NCBI GenBank assembly: GCA_036172245.1
Contig: JAYWIR010000022.1
Span: forward strand, 1,488,001-1,552,000
Origin: Raillietiella orientalis
Taxonomy: Eukaryota
Length of the DNA stretch: 64,000 bases
Direction: 5' to 3'
A program made the position numbers and the translations under genes. The notes under the pieces were generated by a model. It was not told where the DNA came from, searched no databases, and saw only the letters and a program-made list of their open reading frames with translations. Of this stretch, positions 42,216-56,434 are shown piece by piece; positions within the stretch are counted from its first letter, which is position 1, and each line of letters begins with the position of its first letter.

Positions 42216-45199
42216 GCAGAGTAGAATTTTTCTGTTTGTCATCTTGTAAATCCAGCACAATCTGCAAACTTTACAAGGAACTCAGTATAAAACAGGAAGT
42301 AATATGTGGACGATTCTCGACAGCCCTTATTGTGCAGGGAAAGGAATGTGATTTGGAGACTTGCTTGATCTGCCCAGCATTGGAAGTAGGGCACACATGA
42401 TCTTCCTGGCTGCGACGCCTTCAGCACATAACCTGTCACCATAAACTGATTATATAAGGCTTTCTCAACTCTTTACGGTCAAATTCGTCATGGAACAGTA
42501 GGCTGTGTTAGTTGTGTGGGCATGTGTAAGCTGTTATCTATTGAATGGAAACAAACTCTTCCTTTCTATCTATCTTCGATAAAATGCGCGTGAGAGCAGC
42601 CGCAACTATGGCTAGAGTCATAGATATAACAAAATATGCTATTTTCATTTTTTGTGCCATTCGTTTATGTGCAGTTTTATTTTTTTTACTGTAGCAGTAT
42701 ATCACAAAGAAGTAATGTTGAACGTATCAGAGGTATGCAAACCCCACTGCATGAGCATTCAGGGCCATTTTTTTTTTTTTTTTTTTGCGAATGACGTAGA
42801 TCACTGACGAAAGAGAAAAAAGTATCAAGTACTTTGATCTGTTCCTGGATTCAAAACTAAAACCGAGAAGTGGATTTTTGGAAGACAGACTATAAGCAGG
42901 CATCAAGGAGGTACATGAAAAGATGAAGTGATGGGTGCATGCATTTGCTTAGCAAACGACCGTACTCATTCTTAGAATGTAGAGAAGCGAACAGAGCAAC
43001 GTTTATCATGATCAAGTACGAAAAAGATTTAAATAAAGGACGATTGCTCTGAGATTTTCCGCGTAATGAAGAAATCAAAGTACTCCGAAAGTTTCATCTG
43101 GATCCATGATCAATTAGCCCTAGAAATTCCATTTTTCTTTGACCTGCAGAAGTTACATCATGTCTCCCTACCTTCCTCGTCCATTAAAGTTATATCGATT
43201 TTGGTTTTCTCCTGTCGGAAGATAAATGACTAAGTCTAACGATTTACTGATGCGGCTTAATCGAAGCTGCTATTCGGAAGTGTTGACTGTTTTCCGTGAA
43301 AGAAGAGCAGAATCCTGCATTACTCCGGAAGACAAATGGCCAGAGTTGTCTTCACCGAAAAAAGTACCCGTTGAACGGGTTTCGCTGAATTTTTTGGATT
43401 TCCTTCATGTTAAGCAAGAACGAATTTCCAAGATGGATTCGAAACCAAATAGCTGTAAATGTGCACCAAGGGTCTCCAATTCAACTAGGAGAACGGTTCT
43501 TACACTTCAAGTAATTTTCTTTCCCCTTTGGATCCTGAAGACAAGATGCAAATACAGGTGCTCCTAACTAATGTGGTTGCAATGGATTTTCACAAGAGCT
43601 ACTCGTTCTAACAAATACTTACTAGATTCGGCCTTTTGTTTTCCAAGTTATCTGTGCAGTTTCCCATTTATACATGATGTTGATGATTTGCAGCAAAAAA
43701 TGGCTCAGAATCCACATCAAATCCAATGCAAATCAAGCGTAATAAAAAAATAAAAAGATTAGAAAGAAATTTTTTCTGACTGTTCATGAAAACGTAAATA
43801 CTTTTACATTTATCTAAAAGTATTTGCATTTTGATGAAGTCCATATCATGATAAATGTACGCATAAATGTGTAGACAAGATGCATTTATATGTGTGAAAG
43901 AAATTCCTGCATTTCGGACTTTTTGCTACTGATCATTTCACACCCATTCTCCTTGTTGGTCTTCTAAAACTCTGATCAAATTTCTTGAGGGTGCAGAAAG
44001 AGAAAAATTTTCTTTTGCCTCGGGCTCTGCAATGGATTTGCACTACGTGAGCAGGCCAAACTAGGCGTCAAGTACGATTAATTCGTACGAAAGCTTTCTT
44101 GATACAAAAATGGAGGACGATTTTGGTGCAATTCAACTGAACGTGAGCTTCATAGGACCCAGGAACGTCCAGTGTTTCCTTCCAGTCACGTGTGATTTCC
44201 TGAATGAGAACCCGTTTAACGGAAGGTATAAAAAAATTGAAGGGAAAAGAAAAAAAGAGGAAAACGTCCCGTGAGCTGACGTCATCAAGAAGGCTACAGG
44301 AATCGCGGAACAGATGTTCTAGGGTTTCTTCGGGCGTGCTGCTTCGAAGGTTGCAGAAGACTGCGCGCGCACGCGTGTTCTGTATGTTCAAAGAGCGGTG
44401 GGCGATTTGTCGAAGAGTCTGCGAGTCTTATCTCGCTGAGTTCCGGAACTCAAGTTATCCTAAAGGAGTGGACCGTGGCTGATGAGCCGTTGTACATCAT
44501 TGGCAACGGATCCTGGGATCGTTTGGAACCCTGCGTTGTGACTAAATGGGGTGCCAGAGTTTCGCGATCGATTGGTTCGGTACAACGCGAGGACGATGAA
44601 GCATCGATCTCGGGAAAGCTCCGCCGAAGTCTCGGTTTCCGGGTAGACCGTTCCGCTCTAGATAACACCCATTCCTGATTTTTCCTCGATTTTTCACTGT
44701 ATGGGGGGATGGTCGGTGGTGCTCACAGCGCCAAAGGTGCTGAGAGACCTTGAGGAATCGTCGGAAGGATTGCCGAGTCGAGGATTCGCTCGAAAGAGGA
44801 TGCCTCGGAAAGGGATCGAGAGACGGCAGAGGAGTTTCTTAAAGGAGAGAGGATTGACACAGGGAAGCTCTTCTCTCGAGCTTTCTTGCACTTCGCCCAA
44901 AGGGTTCGCATTCCTGATCTCGGTCTTTCAAAGAACTCAGTCTCGCCGCTTTCCTGCCATGTAGGTGTTATCCTTTCTCCTCCTGGAACACCAAACTCCG
45001 CTGGCACAAGCAAGGAACTCGGGGTTAGGCGTGCAATGGCGCCTACTCCCCGGAAATTTGGCTCAAAGAACCTCATCCTTCCCTGTTCCCTTCTATGATT
45101 ACGCCTTCCTTGCCCTGGAGAATTTCAGGGACTTGTTGGGGGAGGAAGAAGAAAACAGGAACAATTCCGAGGTAGCAGAGTGAGGCCACTCACCCCTGT

Positions 45200-46140
45200 G
45201 GGTAGGGGAGGGAGTTTTGATCTCAAGAGAAATCATCTCGGGACATCAGCAGCACTTTTTGCAGGAGATGATGCTTTGTTTCTTTCGTAGATTGGAGCAA
45301 GTTGCGCTGATGAGCCGGAAATCGGGAGCAGAAAATCCAAGACTCTCAAAGCTCGGAGAATAGGGCCACGTACCTGGGGTTTCCTAAAGGACGAACCCCA
45401 TGATGGTCTTTGGCTGTTGAGAGGGCAGAAGCAAGTTTGGATTGGGAAGGAAAGAGGACTGCAGTTTTGGTCTTGCTTGCTTGAGGAAGGTCCAATACGG
45501 TGGTAAAGTATGGATAGAAAGCAGAGATCCCGGTTTTTGTGTCCGACAGAGCCTCTTTGGATCACTCTCCATTCAGGATCAGTATGTGCTGTAGGACTTC
45601 GGGAGGGAAGGTGTCTACCGGTCTCATTTCGTTCGAGGGTTCCACATGGACGTGTGTTGCCCACTTTATCCTCAAGAAGCCGGGAACTCTGTGTTCGGGG
45701 GAGTTCCTTAGAAGTGTGTTTTGGGCATGCGGAGGGAAAAGCTGGTTGAGGACCACAGTCCAGTACGAGTTCTCCCGTCGGGAAAGGGAGTCCTCGAGCA
45801 ACGCGACCAGCTCGAGTTGGGCTATGCGAAGAGACAGAAGTCCGCTAGACGTTTCGACAGGGAGGCTCTGCAGCGCTGCATGTCCCTTGAAGTTCGGAAG
45901 GCTTCAACCTCAACTCTGGAAGCGTTCATACCCTAAGAGGTACCGGAGGATTCTCCCTTTTCCTTTCAGCACATTCAAGAGCATATCCGTCTCATTAGCT
46001 TCAGTGGCGCCAACTTCTGCTTTCTTTGGAAGGGAGAGTCGATTGAAGCGCCTTCTTTTACCGCTTCGCACGAACGGACCAGGAAATCCCTGCTGGTCTC
46101 CCCTGCTCTCCTCCTTCTGATCTGCTGTTTCGCTGGACTC
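45200..46140 (-). pseudogene. Near-open reading frame of about 300 codons interrupted by scattered stops; family unknown
   Basis: One frame reads ...TDMLLNVLKGKGRILRYLLGYERFQS*G*SLPNF...IAQLELVALLEDSLSRRENSYWTVVLNQLF...TFPPEVLQHILILNGE*...; splice-like signals nearby on the same strand. Confidence 0.35.
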
Positions 46141-49100
46141 GAGTCCAGGAGCTTGTCGGAAATGCTGAAAAAGATTTCAGTTCCCGACTGACTCTGTAGG
46201 AGAGTGTTCTCAGGAAATACGCCTACCTGCACTTCGGTTCCTAAGCCGATGCGTGCATGTCCTTACTTCTGCAGAACGCGGTCTTCGAGAGAACTGGCCG
46301 GAACCTCGAGACAGCTGCGAATCCTAAGTGGCAAGCCCGACGAGTTGTCTGCACTTTTTCCTTCCTGCTGTCGTTCGGTTTGTGGTCATGACCACCAAAA
46401 GTCCTCGAGAGGTTTATTACCCGGTCACGCCGGGGAGTTTATTTAAAATAAACCGGTTGGGAACTTTTGTTCCCAACCAAAGACTACAAGAAATAAAGGG
46501 GAGGGTCAACCGGCGCACAGACGGAGAAAACTCAAAGTCCGGAACGGAGGAGGAACAAGGGGGCAACAAAAATAAAGAAGATTGGGTGGGATGAAGCAGA
46601 GATAATTGGATTCGCACTGCAAGCAAACGAAAAAAACATAAAAAAAACACCGGGAAAATTGAGGAGAAAATTTCCCGGTGTAGGGATAGGGAATGAAAAA
46701 AATTATTAAATAAAGAAGGGCAAGATACCAACGGGCTCGGTCGTTCCTAACCATTCGCAAACCGGCGCTGTATGCCGGTGATCTCCGCCTTCGTCTCTTC
46801 CAAGTGATGCCACCTTGCAGTCGAGCTAATGTAGGCGGCTGCCATCGCAATGACATCCCAGTACGCTGCGTGGTGGTCTCCAGAACATTTGGAGCTGTGA
46901 TGATGGCAAGAATGCAACTCATGGTTGCGATCCCCGCTCCAGTCGTCAGTCCTCTCGGGGCGAAGAACCCTCAAGAGGTCGACTCTCCTTTCGCTCAGCG
47001 CGCGGACTCGAACGACTGAGGCCACTGCTCCTCCTTACCACCGATCTCTTCCCATCTCATCGTTACCCGATTCCCTTCCGTTCGTCTTTCCGTGTCGTCG
47101 GTCTCCTCCTGCTTGTTCTTCCATCAGGGACGCTCCTGGAGCCTTCTCGGATTCTCCAGGACCACCGCTGTCTCCTCTGCGATGCCGATCCAGCGTGTGG
47201 AAGGAGAGGAAGCAAAGAATTCGATGAGCTCTTCGATCTCCACTCTCCAAACGGGAGGACAACACCGGGAGTGCGTGTCTGCTGGCCATTCGGTGCGGAG
47301 CTCTCTCTGGCTTCCCCTTCGGGATGCCGACTCAGTTTCAAGTCGAGATCCCTCACTTCCTCTGCCAGCGTGCCAGACGGTTCTTCTGAGAGCTGCACAC
47401 CAACGCTTCCGTTCTAGCACGTGACCAGTGGGGAAGCTGCGATGGAGGCTCGGTGCTCACCTGGAGGGGGGTGAGGGACGAGTCTGAGCGAAGGTCCGGA
47501 TCGCCCGCAGCGGCGCCTCCTGCGTCTCCTTCCGTTTTTTCCGCCTCAAGATTGTCCACATTGGAGAGCCTTCTCTGTGGTTTCCTTTTGCAAGGTGAGG
47601 GCTTACCTTATACAGATGCTAACGGGCAAATGTGTTTGCTTTGTCACGTTTGCTTTGCTTTTTGTTCTTTCTTGAGAACAAATAAACAGACATTGTTCAT
47701 GTGGAAGAGATTGGACGCGTATAATGGAGCAGTGCATTCTTTTAAGTTTTGTGAGATGCAAGAGACATGATAGGGGTATGTCAAGTTGCTAAAGAGAACC
47801 TTCTATCCTCTTTTGGCAGACTACACTCTGATGATTGTAGATTAGACATTCTATAGGAGAAAGCGCGTCCAGACAGATGGATGGGATTTCGGTATCTGAC
47901 AGGAAGAGATGAGGGAAACAGAGAATGAGATTCGGGATGTACGGGAAGTTCAGAGGAGTCTGGAAAAAAAAATCCACAGGGAAACGTACGGCGACTGACG
48001 TGAAAGTCATGTTATCTGTTATAAGAACAAATGCAGTCTCTAGGTTACCTTCTGTCCCCTTCCACTCACGAGAGATTGGCCGCTTGTTTCCCAATGTAGC
48101 TATCGATTCTGCTTTCCTCTGCACCTATGTTTCAGCTTTCTTCTCTATTTCTCTCGCTCATCCTCGTTCGGTTTTCCTCCGGTCCATTTGAAAACGAGGA
48201 ACGTGCTGGAGCAGATTGAAAGAATCCGGGTTGACTTGGAAACAAGTGGATGCACGGCGCATCTTCCTCCTGCATTCAAAGCAGACATGCTGCTTACGAA
48301 TCCGGAGCACTCTTTGGCTGCAAGAAGACGTTTCCTTGTTTCCTTTGTTTTCTTTGGGAAAATCGTCATCCCACCAATTCCCAGAGTGCTTACTTCCTCT
48401 CTCTTCTTCAGAGGCGCAACATTCCGCTCTCCCTCCATCTCACTTCCTTATGAGATCTGCAACAAGTTTGTCAGAGTTCTAGGGTGATCCCGCATTTCTT
48501 CCTGAATCCCTCAGATTGAACGTGGAAAGAGGCCTCCTTTCATTTCTTTGAAAAAGCAGATCTGCGACTCCTAACGCCTCTGGTTGCATCGCCATCGATG
48601 TCGGCGCTTCCTCTAAGCCTATGCGATTCATCACTGTTCTGCCGTTGTCCCCTACCCTTGAGCTGCAAAACTCGTCTCCGTTGCGCTTCGAATGATGCAG
48701 GAATCCTGCTTTCTCGGATCTCCTTTCCTTTTTTCATCTCGTTGGGGGACCTACAGAATCCATGGCATCGTGCACTGGAGACGGCCCTCTTCGGCAATCA
48801 GCAACCTCCTATTCTTGATGTCTCCTGGAGAGGCTCCTAACCTTCGAATTTCGGGAGATGACTCTTGATGATGCTTCCCCGAAGGAACAGGGTCCAGAAA
48901 CTTCCGGTAAATTCCTTGAATATTTCGAGTGAGGGTTGCAAAGCACCTTTCTTGAATTTCTCCTTATTCTTTCCCTCGTGGTGAGAATCCACTAACGTGT
49001 TCTCCACGCTCTCGACGTTTGCGGACAGCTTTTCGATAGGTGGAATGAGGGGGAGATGAAGGCTACTTATGGAGGTCGGGCACTACACTGCAGTGGCTTC

Positions 49101-52100
49101 AGAGGCTCTTCTCTCATCATCTTGTCTGCGCGCTTTCATCCGCGATTCTGCATTCCATGAACCTCTGCGTCCTGGTACCACAGGAGTACTGTGACGACAG
49201 GGTGGTCCTCGCGCATTCTGCAGAATCCAAGCTCACCTGACCTCCCAATATCGAGCAAAGCATTTGGAGGAGTTGATGTCTGAAAGGCACTACAAGCGAT
49301 GCAGATTTTGCCTCCAGCGTATATATGCTTCAGAGAGCGGGAGGGGAAGGGGGGGGGGAGGTAAGGTCACCAACAGTCTGATATCAGAAAGTTCGACACG
49401 AGGATTCAGTAAGACCAGAAGAAGAGTCACCTGCTCATATGGGAGAGCTCGGTGATAGCGTGGCTAAGAGAGGAGAGCGAATACCTGCAGCTGTCTCCCC
49501 TTTTCGCTGCCAGAGGAGCACTGGCTCCGATGAGAGCATTAGTGGCGATTATCTGGGATATTGAATCTGGGAATCTTCGATCTGGGATATTGGGATTTGA
49601 AAAACGAAGATACTCAGAGAAATCAACGTTTTCGCTAACTGGAAGAAAACACGAAGAGGATGGTCTGTGTCAACGTCCAGCACAGCCGGGACATCTACAG
49701 GGCGCAAGTTCTGATTCATAGAACCAGTATCTCTGAGGATGACTTCAGCCTCTGACTTGACCCTCTACTGCAGTGGAAAGATCAAAGGTCCCACTAGTCT
49801 CCTGCCCTTTCGAGAGCAGTGGAAGGAGCCAAGAAAGGGAAGGACGGTGAATACGTGGTCTCGGCTCTGCAATTCGCCTCCGGAAAAGTGCCAGCCTTAG
49901 AACGTGCCATCCTGATGGTTTCCGTGGGTTCGTGAGACCCAGAAAACGAACAAGATTCTCAGGTGGCTAAAAATTTCATCAAGACGGAGCCGAGACCACT
50001 AAAGAAGGAGATGGTGAGCAGCAACGTCCAATGTCTTCGAGAAATCTCCTAGTGAAACCAAGCGGCCCACTGCCGATCGTCTTACCTAAAAGCAACCGGA
50101 GCAACGTGGAAGGTGGCAAGGAGGTGTAGAATGTGAGGAAATCCGCTTCCTGATATTCCTGCTCACTATCCTACATTGAACACTTCTTTTTGTATTCTTT
50201 TCGAGATGAATGGGGAACTGTCCGACAGCATGACCAGATGGTGGATGTGATGAAGAATTTCCCAAAGATTCTTTATGCGTTCTCAGATTTTTCATAAAGC
50301 CTTCTTGTCTTCCCCCTATTCTGAGCCCACTCAGTTCTTCGTGGTATGTTCTGAGAAAGCGTGGTTGCCGCCACGAGCTCCTGATCAACTCATGCCTGAT
50401 GTCTGTCCGATCCCCACGAGAAAGATAACTGATGATTAAACCAGAGAGCGAAACACCGATACGATTCACAAACTGTTCTCTATCGGAAGAGAAGACTGAG
50501 ATCCGGTTGACTCGAATAATCAGCCTGGATGTGGAAAGTTGTTGCCATGTGCTTGATGAAAGGCAGGCATCAAAATGGAACCTTCCGCTCCTTGCTAACC
50601 AAACTTGCCTCCTCTTTTGTTTTTTCTTGTTCCTACGTTTTTGCTCCAGCCAATATTTTCCGGTAATAGGATCCGCTCACGAGGGAGGAGTCACCAGCCT
50701 CTGGATCGCCTTCCCCCTTTCTTTTTTTCTTTTTCTTGATGCTTTGTGCCACTTTCTTTGGTTTCTGAACTGCGATCCGACCATTTCTTGCCTGGATGGG
50801 GACTGAGGGCGTCTTCCTGATAGTCATGTGTGCGTAGAGCCAGGAAATACTGACCGTTCGCCTTCCGGAAGTTGGGCAGAGCGCCTTTGAGCTTTCGTAG
50901 GAGGACGCTCGGCGAGGGGTTCCGCAGAGGGAGTCGGAGATCGCCTGCTGAAAAGTTTCCTCCCCTCCTCCTCACCCTCCTTTCGCCATTGCTCTGAATC
51001 GGAAGATGTCAAGTTCGAACACGCCATTGCTTCATTCTTCGCCAGCTTCATCACGATTCTTCTTCAGCAGGTAGTGCCAGGTTCCTCCTCTCATACGACA
51101 TGCAGTCGAATCCACCCAAGAGAACAGGATTCCAAGGGGCCGAGATGCTAGTTTTCCTCTGTTCCTTAGCGACGGTTACTTCACGTCTTCATCCTGGTAG
51201 GCGCCGCAAGCGTGGATGCGGGCGACTGCATGACGGAACGAGCTTTCTCCTGGAAACAATCTTTACGTCCAGAAGCACGCAACAGGCAAGGCTGGCTCTC
51301 AGTTTATTTCTCAAAGGTGACCATCGGAAGGGACGTATGGGACCAGACTTTGAGTGCTGCACGAGCGAAGGAGTGCCGAGATGGCAATCTGAAAGGGGAA
51401 CTTTCAACCCCCTCATCTCGTGGTTTTCCACGCGTGCTCCAGAGGCGCCACCTCCTGCTGGGGAAAAAGAGGAAGATGAATCTTCTATTGGAACTCTCTG
51501 ATAAAAAAAAAAAAAAAAAAACATTTGCAACTTATCTTTAGGATTCTGGGGAGAATGAGTCCAATCTCACTCACCTTGGAAACAGGAAAAAACTACGGGA
51601 CTAACGAGGGATTTTCCAAATACGTAGACGAATCAAAATGCGCGTTGCAGCAGGATGTTCGTTTGGGCTCCCATCCTGGCACGTAAATAAGGTAAGCCAA
51701 TTCGGACTTGGCAGGGACGCGACGAAGCATACATACGCGCGTGGCGAGCGGAATAGGGGCATCCGGGAAGTGCTGACTAGTGTGATCTGGTAGAACCCGT
51801 TTGCTTCCGGGCTACTAAGTAAGATTTCTGATCCAGAAATTCCTAGAGTTCCAATTCCGAGTATCTGAAAATTTTGAAAACCCGCTTCATAAATCTGAAA
51901 ATTTGCGAGCATCAAACTCCTAACGTGCATGTAGGTGAGTACTACAATTACTACACGTGCTTGGTAATAAGCACTACTATCCTTCGTCTTAACGCACCCA
52001 TCCTGAAGATGAAGGATCTCTTAGGTGATGATTGTGCACACATTATCATTGAGTCATTCAAAGAGCAGCTAAATCTCAGAGAATGGACTCGGGTCCTACT

Positions 52101-53827
52101 GGACCCTCCAGTTTGGTTCCATTCTCGTTCCTTACCTTTCATGACCTAGGGCTGTTTTCAGATCTCGGTCTCAGCGAACAAACAGCCAATCATCGCGTCC
52201 GAAGTGAATCTGCCTTCTTTGGGTTGCATCATCTACATGTGCACCACTCAATCTTTCCCCCGCTCTTGCTCTATGGCTAAACCCGCCACCACCCAAGTGG
52301 TAGCGCCTTCAACCATCATCCGCTTTGATTTCCCCACTCGGAAGTTGCCGAGCTGCAAGTTCAAATCCGGAGGGAGTGATGTACCACAAGAACGCTCGCT
52401 CCTTTCGGCAATGTAAATGTATTCTTATTCTTGTATTCAGATTTCCAAAAAGAGAAAAAAAAAAAACAACAGCAACAATCCGGAAAGTTCCGCTCTTCGG
52501 GATGATTCTCCGCCTGTGGAGTTCCAGGAACTCTCGTTCCAACCATCACAGATTCACTGGAACCTCCCTCCCTGAAACAGGGAGGATTCCCACGCCGGAA
52601 CGCTTGATGAGAGCTCACTGACCTACGCCGGTTCCCTATCGTCCGAATTCCAGAAAGCCTTGGGTCTTCTTTTTAGGATTGATAATAGGATGACTTGAAA
52701 AAGAAACATTTTGTACACATGTTTCGCAAGTTCTTCAACGCAACAAAAACAACAAACAACAGCAGCAGGAATGAAAATTCTTTTTAATGGAATTTTCTAC
52801 TTCCTGCTTTTACTATAAAAAGGCAAGGAGATTGTTTAAAATGCATTTTTTTTCACTATTTTTTTTTTTGCCTCGGGTGCCATTTTATTTTATTTCATAA
52901 GGAAAATTCATCTACTAGCATTCATCAACAATTCATCTGCTGCTCCTTTCCCAGCGTGTGATTTTCGAAAAAAAAAAAAAAAATATTTTGAGAGCCTTAC
53001 GTTCTTACTTCGACTCTTCTCTGATCAATATCTGCAGACAAATTTTCTCCGTGTATCAGAGAGCTCCCTCCTTTCCTCGTTCGTCCCCCAATTGCGCCGT
53101 AATCATCAGGGTATCTGCGAGAGATGGGTTTCGAGGATTTGGCCGACCCTCGCAAGGATTTTTCCTGGCATTCTGAGGATGGAAGGTTGAGCATCAATGG
53201 CAGGTAAAGAACGGGAAGCTACCGAGAAGCTCTCGTGAATCCCATTTTCACCACCCGGAAAAAATGACAAAAATCAAAGAAAAATCGGGTGGGTCATGCC
53301 GAGGAGTTACCTCGGAAAAACAAAAATAGGGACACGCCGAAGGATGAGAAACACGCCCGGGCTCTGAACGATCCAGGCAAAGGTTGTTTGCGACGTAAAA
53401 CTACACGAAATGCATCGCGTCCGTTTCCTCGGAGGCTTTGTCCGTACGAAGGAAGAGATCGAAAGCGCGGTGTTTCCGCGATGGGGGGGGGGCCTTGAGC
53501 AACACTGCTCAGGCTTCCCTAGTTCACTGTTTTCACTGCCCGCGGAGACCAGAATTTCAATGCACACGGGAGAGACATGGGGAGATTTCCGAACAAGCAA
53601 AGCCCTCCGCCACCTGCTCTGCTAATCAAATCAAGGAAGCAATCACGCGAACGAGAAAACAAGCTTGGCTTTGGAAAGCAGCTGTACGGTAATGACCTAC
53701 TCTGGAAACTGGAGTCGGGAAGCGTCTCTGAAAACTCAGTGCTGATTGATAGCTTGTGATAGTGATTTATAGACAAGGAAGCTGATACACTCCGTTAATG
53801 ACTGACATCTCTTCGGCGTCATTGGAA

Positions 53828-54016
53828 ATGTACGGTCATCATTACCTTAAGCTCATCATGAGTGTATGGCCGTCACTACAGTAGCACCCACAGCAAGCAC
53901 CCAGAACATCATTCATTAAGAATGCATCATTACGTCTGGAGCAACCATCTTAACACCATCACAAATGTACCGCCATCATTGCAATAACACGCACAGCAAG
54001 CATCCAGATCATTACG
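53828..54016 (+). repeat. Degenerate His-rich coding-like tandem repeat
   Basis: cacagcaagcacccaga (~53889) and cacagcaagcatccaga (~53992) plus repeated catcatt. Translates as MYGHHY, VYGRHYSSTHSKHPEHH and MYRHHCNNTHSKHPDHY in shifting frames. Confidence 0.6.
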
Positions 54017-55354
54017 GATGCACTGTCATCCGGAGCACGCGCAGAGACTTAGGCCATTTTTTCCAAGGCACTCTCTCTGTGATTCGGCTTTTCGCGAGAT
54101 CCCAATTGAAGATGTTACGCGCGGAGGTCAAGGTAGCGATAGCACACGGACCAGGAGATCCGTGTATCGATAAGTGAAACTGGAACCATTCGGTATACGC
54201 AGAGAGATCCGATCCGATCGGATCCCCAACTAGCCAAGCCATCAGCGTGCTTTAAGGTGACTTTCGGTTGAGGTTCCATGGAATCTATGGGTCGGAAGGA
54301 GGCTGGAACCCCTCGTTAGCATCTGGAAATGCGTCGCTTCGGGTAGGGACAGATGGATTTCCGCGGGGTTTCTTTGTTTGCAGGTTGATCTCCATAAAGA
54401 TTAGAGGATGCTTAAAGCGTCACACAAACGCAACAAAGCACAAGCGGATCTTCAAAACAAAAACAAAACGAAATCCACACACACACAAGCAAACAAACAA
54501 ACAAAAAGAGAGGAAGGAAAACGAAAACGGTATTGTTCCAGGTCTAAAGAGATGCAGATATTTTGCAAAGTAATCCAATTTTTCGTCTCCGTTGTCAAAC
54601 TAGAGTAGCGCGAGTGCCCTTGATGGTTTCAACGTTTTGGGAGGGCTTTCTCCGAACGCCAACGCTCGACATCAGGGATTTCATCTCTTCCAACAGCTGA
54701 TGTAGCCTAGGCTGCAGTTCCCTTCCTCTTCTCATCATTTCCCTCACCCAGTATTTGAGACATCGCTCGTTCCCCGGCTCACCGCCCCCTAGAAATAGCA
54801 AAGTCGAAAGTGCTCGAGTCATCAACGCGAACTCATTTGCCTGCCTGGTCTTTTTCCCTGCCCAAGAGAGACGCTTCGAGATGCTGCGACTGTGCTCCTT
54901 TCCTCCGTTCCTACAGACAAGCATGAAACCCAGAGAGTCGGCGCAGATTTTCAGAACAATCCTTCTTCCGATGGACGCACCTGTTCTTCTTGGAATCTGC
55001 TTTGACGAGTTCAGTGGCAGCTCCAGGGTTCTCGTTTTCAGCGGGTGCGCAACGAGAAAAGAGGAACAAGGAAAAAATTCACCAGGAAAATTCCTTCGCA
55101 AGGAAAGCTACACACAGTCTTCCGAGGATCACGAAAATTGTTCAAGGAGACGCATGGGTGACACAATGATCTTCCCACTTGCTGAGATTTCCGGTAAGCG
55201 CAGGGATCTCTCTGCGACCAAAACTGGGCATCTCAGGGATATCTGCTGATGTTTCAGGTCTCTGTGGGACAGAGGGCAGTCACCGTCCACTCTACTGCTG
55301 CTCTTCGCTGGTCCAGTTTCATTATCCTATGGTCGATCATTTCGTGCTCACTCA

Positions 55355-56255
55355 CAATGAAGCAGTGTGACGCTAAAGCAGCTGTGTTCCAGCAGTGTGA
55401 CTCACTCGGGCTTCTTGAACCTCTTGCTGCCAAAAACAGTCATCTGCTCTCTCTCTTTCAGAGTTCCGTTGGGCATGGTCTCAATGCACATCTTGAACTG
55501 CTCTTCTAAGGAGGCAAAATCGATGATGCCATGCAGATTCTCGCCGTTGAACTCATTGAAGACCGTCCCTCTGATCTCGTTCAGCTTGAGAACGGTCCAT
55601 TGCAGCAATGGCAGCTCGAACTTGGGCTGTGGAGGTTCCTTGATGGCCAAGGGTTCGCAAGGTTCCCAGAAGAGTTTGTTACCGGAAGAGCAGGAGGCGC
55701 GGGAGGAGGAGGGACGAATACGGTCCGAAAGAGGGGGAGGAAGGCCAATGGGACACTCGCTGTGGATCTGGACGATGGAGGAAGAGCAGATTTCTGCACA
55801 TCGGAGAAAGCGGTACTAGTGGTGGTGATGGCGTGGTCGTCAGCGGAAAATGTCTGGATGTCTGAAGATGCTTCTTCGACTCTGGTCTGTTTGTGCCAGG
55901 GCTTGTTTTATCCGAAGGAGCTCTTCGTCGCACTGCTTTTCTCTGTGCTGTAGCTCCTCTTTCTCCTCCAGGAGATTTCCCAGTCTATCCTCCAGCTTCA
56001 TCTGCTAGGGCATCTCTCTGACGCTCTGGTTCTTCTCCCGAGCGATTTCGAGCTTTCAGCCTGACGACCTGCTCGAGCGCTTCGTGTCTCGTGCAGCTGT
56101 CCTCCAGAATAGCGTTCACGTCGAACACGTTGCTCAGGTAGGTTGTCGATCTGAAGATCAATGTCCTAGCTGGAAACCAGCCACAAGTTCTCCAGAAAAC
56201 TGACCAAGACCAGCTGAATGAACTCGTACCAAAGGTAAATCCTTCTTCCCAGTCT
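55355..56255 (-). pseudogene. Formin-like (FMNL/FRL subfamily) pseudogene fragment: end of FH3, coiled coil, FH1 remnant, start of FH2
   Basis: RIYLWYEFIQLVLVSFLENL...*DIDLQID/frameshift/TYLSNVFDVNAILEDS matches FMNL RVHLQYEF...[32 protein letters not shown] is an FH1 remnant. KFELPLLQWTVLKLNEIRGTVFNEF...IDFASLEEQFK...SKRFKKPE*VTLLEH matches the FH2 start. At least 3 in-frame stops and several frameshifts. Confidence 0.88.
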
Positions 56256-56434
56256 TCTTTCTTTCTAAATCTTTCTTCCTAGCTTCTTCTCAGTCGTCTT
56301 CGGCATGCTTGAGGCTCTCTGCGGCAGTGTCCGGAGCTCAAGGAGGTTGAGAGGATTCCGGGTAAATGCGGCAGCAGCGCGTGCCTTGCAGTTCCCTCAT
56401 GGATGCACGCGAACGGGGCGGGGGGTTCCCCATG

